From Escherichia coli (GTDB lineage: Bacteria > Pseudomonadota > Gammaproteobacteria > Enterobacterales > Enterobacteriaceae), in assembly GCF_030013595.1 (NCBI RefSeq), contig NZ_CP122768.1: a DNA stretch of 64,000 nt, one strand, 5' to 3'. Made by a program: the position numbers and the translations under genes. Under the pieces are notes generated by a model. That model saw only the letters and a program-made list of their open reading frames with translations, was not told the origin of the DNA and ran no database searches. Shown in pieces: positions 63,371-64,000 of the stretch (position 1 is its first letter; each line of letters starts with the position of its first letter).

Positions 63371-64000
63371 GCAATCCTCACAAACAAAGAAACTAAGCCC
63401 CGGTTATAAAACTTAACATCCGGGCCGCCAGATAAAGCGACATATGTACCAGGCAGGGTACCCCCGTAGACAAATGACCTCGCAGCAGCACTAAATCCTG
63501 ACGTGCGATACTCCGCTTCAAAGACCACCTGCCGGAGTCTTGAGCCTGACACGCCTTGTGCACGAAGTAACGTAACCTCACTGCTGCCATCGTCCGGTAG
63601 GTATGCAGCAAGAACCAGGCCTCCGGGGAACGGAGGACGCTTTGATGTATTTTCTGTTGCATACAACAGTTGCATCAGGCTATTACGTGACCAGAACAAC
63701 CGCGACCATGCTTTTGGTAGGTCTGGCGGACGCATGGATTTTTTAACCAGTACCTGATATTTCGCAGGACCTTCACCGAATCCCCCATCGTATTCTGCAT
63801 CACCATGAAACGTTATCCACCGACGCGCTTCTGCTTCAATACCGGCAGAGTCAATTCCGTATCGTATGTCTATATCCACAAGTCCACGGAAATAAGGTTG
63901 CCCCATGTCATACGCAATGATGGGGTTATACGAAGTGTTAGTCCCTCCATATTGTGTTACCGCGTAACGCCCGGGGGTGACTTCGAACACCCATTTCAGA
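63367..64000 (-). CDS. Tail fibre protein, C-terminal part (5' end beyond window)
   Basis: Tracked ORF 63367..63990 begins at a GTG 10 nt from the window edge and the frame stays open to position 64000. Confidence 0.5.
   Translation of the reverse strand, partial: LKWVFEVTPGRYAVTQYGGTNTSYNPIIAYDMGQPYFRGLVDIDIRYGIDSAGIEAEARRWITFHGDAEYDGGFGEGPAKYQVLVKKSMRPPDLPKAWSRLFWSRNSLMQLLYATENTSKRPPFPGGLVLAAYLPDDGSSEVTLLRAQGVSGSRLRQVVFEAEYRTSGFSAAARSFVYGGTLPGTYVALSGGPDVKFYNRGLVSLFVRIA

Larger units (their letters stand above)
62300..64000. mobile_element. Edge of a second lambdoid (Rac-position) prophage, partial
   Basis: Tail-fibre-assembly and tail-fibre genes directly after uspF, where K-12 carries the Rac prophage end. 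Confidence 0.6.

Overview
The window looks like E. coli-type chromosome and falls into three zones. Everything is from reading the sequence and the ORF track; no database search was run, so family names are from recognisable motifs and memory. Hand-derived coordinates (features not in the ORF track) may be off by a few bp. (1) 1 to ~16400: the right-hand end of an integrated phage-derived element, transcribed on the minus strand: Nu1-like small terminase candidate, GpA-type large terminase, portal, a single ORF fusing prohead protease, scaffold-like acidic linker and major capsid protein, three small neck/virion genes, and a repeat-rich tail-fibre gene running off the window start. A ~6 kb accessory/regulatory module (9333-15345) sits between the terS-like and terL genes; it holds a 9-copy GGGGCAAAAAT iteron array, an AT-rich tract with tandem consensus promoters, a ~600 bp hairpin-dense non-coding region, an operator-flanked promoter driving a Rha-family operon, two paralogous small proteins and several unrecognised ORFs. 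This module is my best candidate for an undescribed system, but I could not assign it a function. The element abuts a C-terminally truncated hicB. (2) ~16400 to ~62300: conserved chromosome collinear (inverted) with the K-12 hicAB-to-uspF region. Differences from K-12 as I recall it: an IS200 copy just upstream of ydbD, loss of the paa/tynA/feaB block leaving paaX and feaR 3' remnants, an intact gapC, and a ydcA-like ORF with a disrupted 5' end. hokB/mokB and micC are present. (3) ~62300 to 64000: edge of a second lambdoid (Rac-position) prophage with tail-fibre-assembly and tail-fibre genes, preceded by inverted copies of the same GGGGCAAAAAT motif. No rRNA, tRNA or CRISPR array was found.
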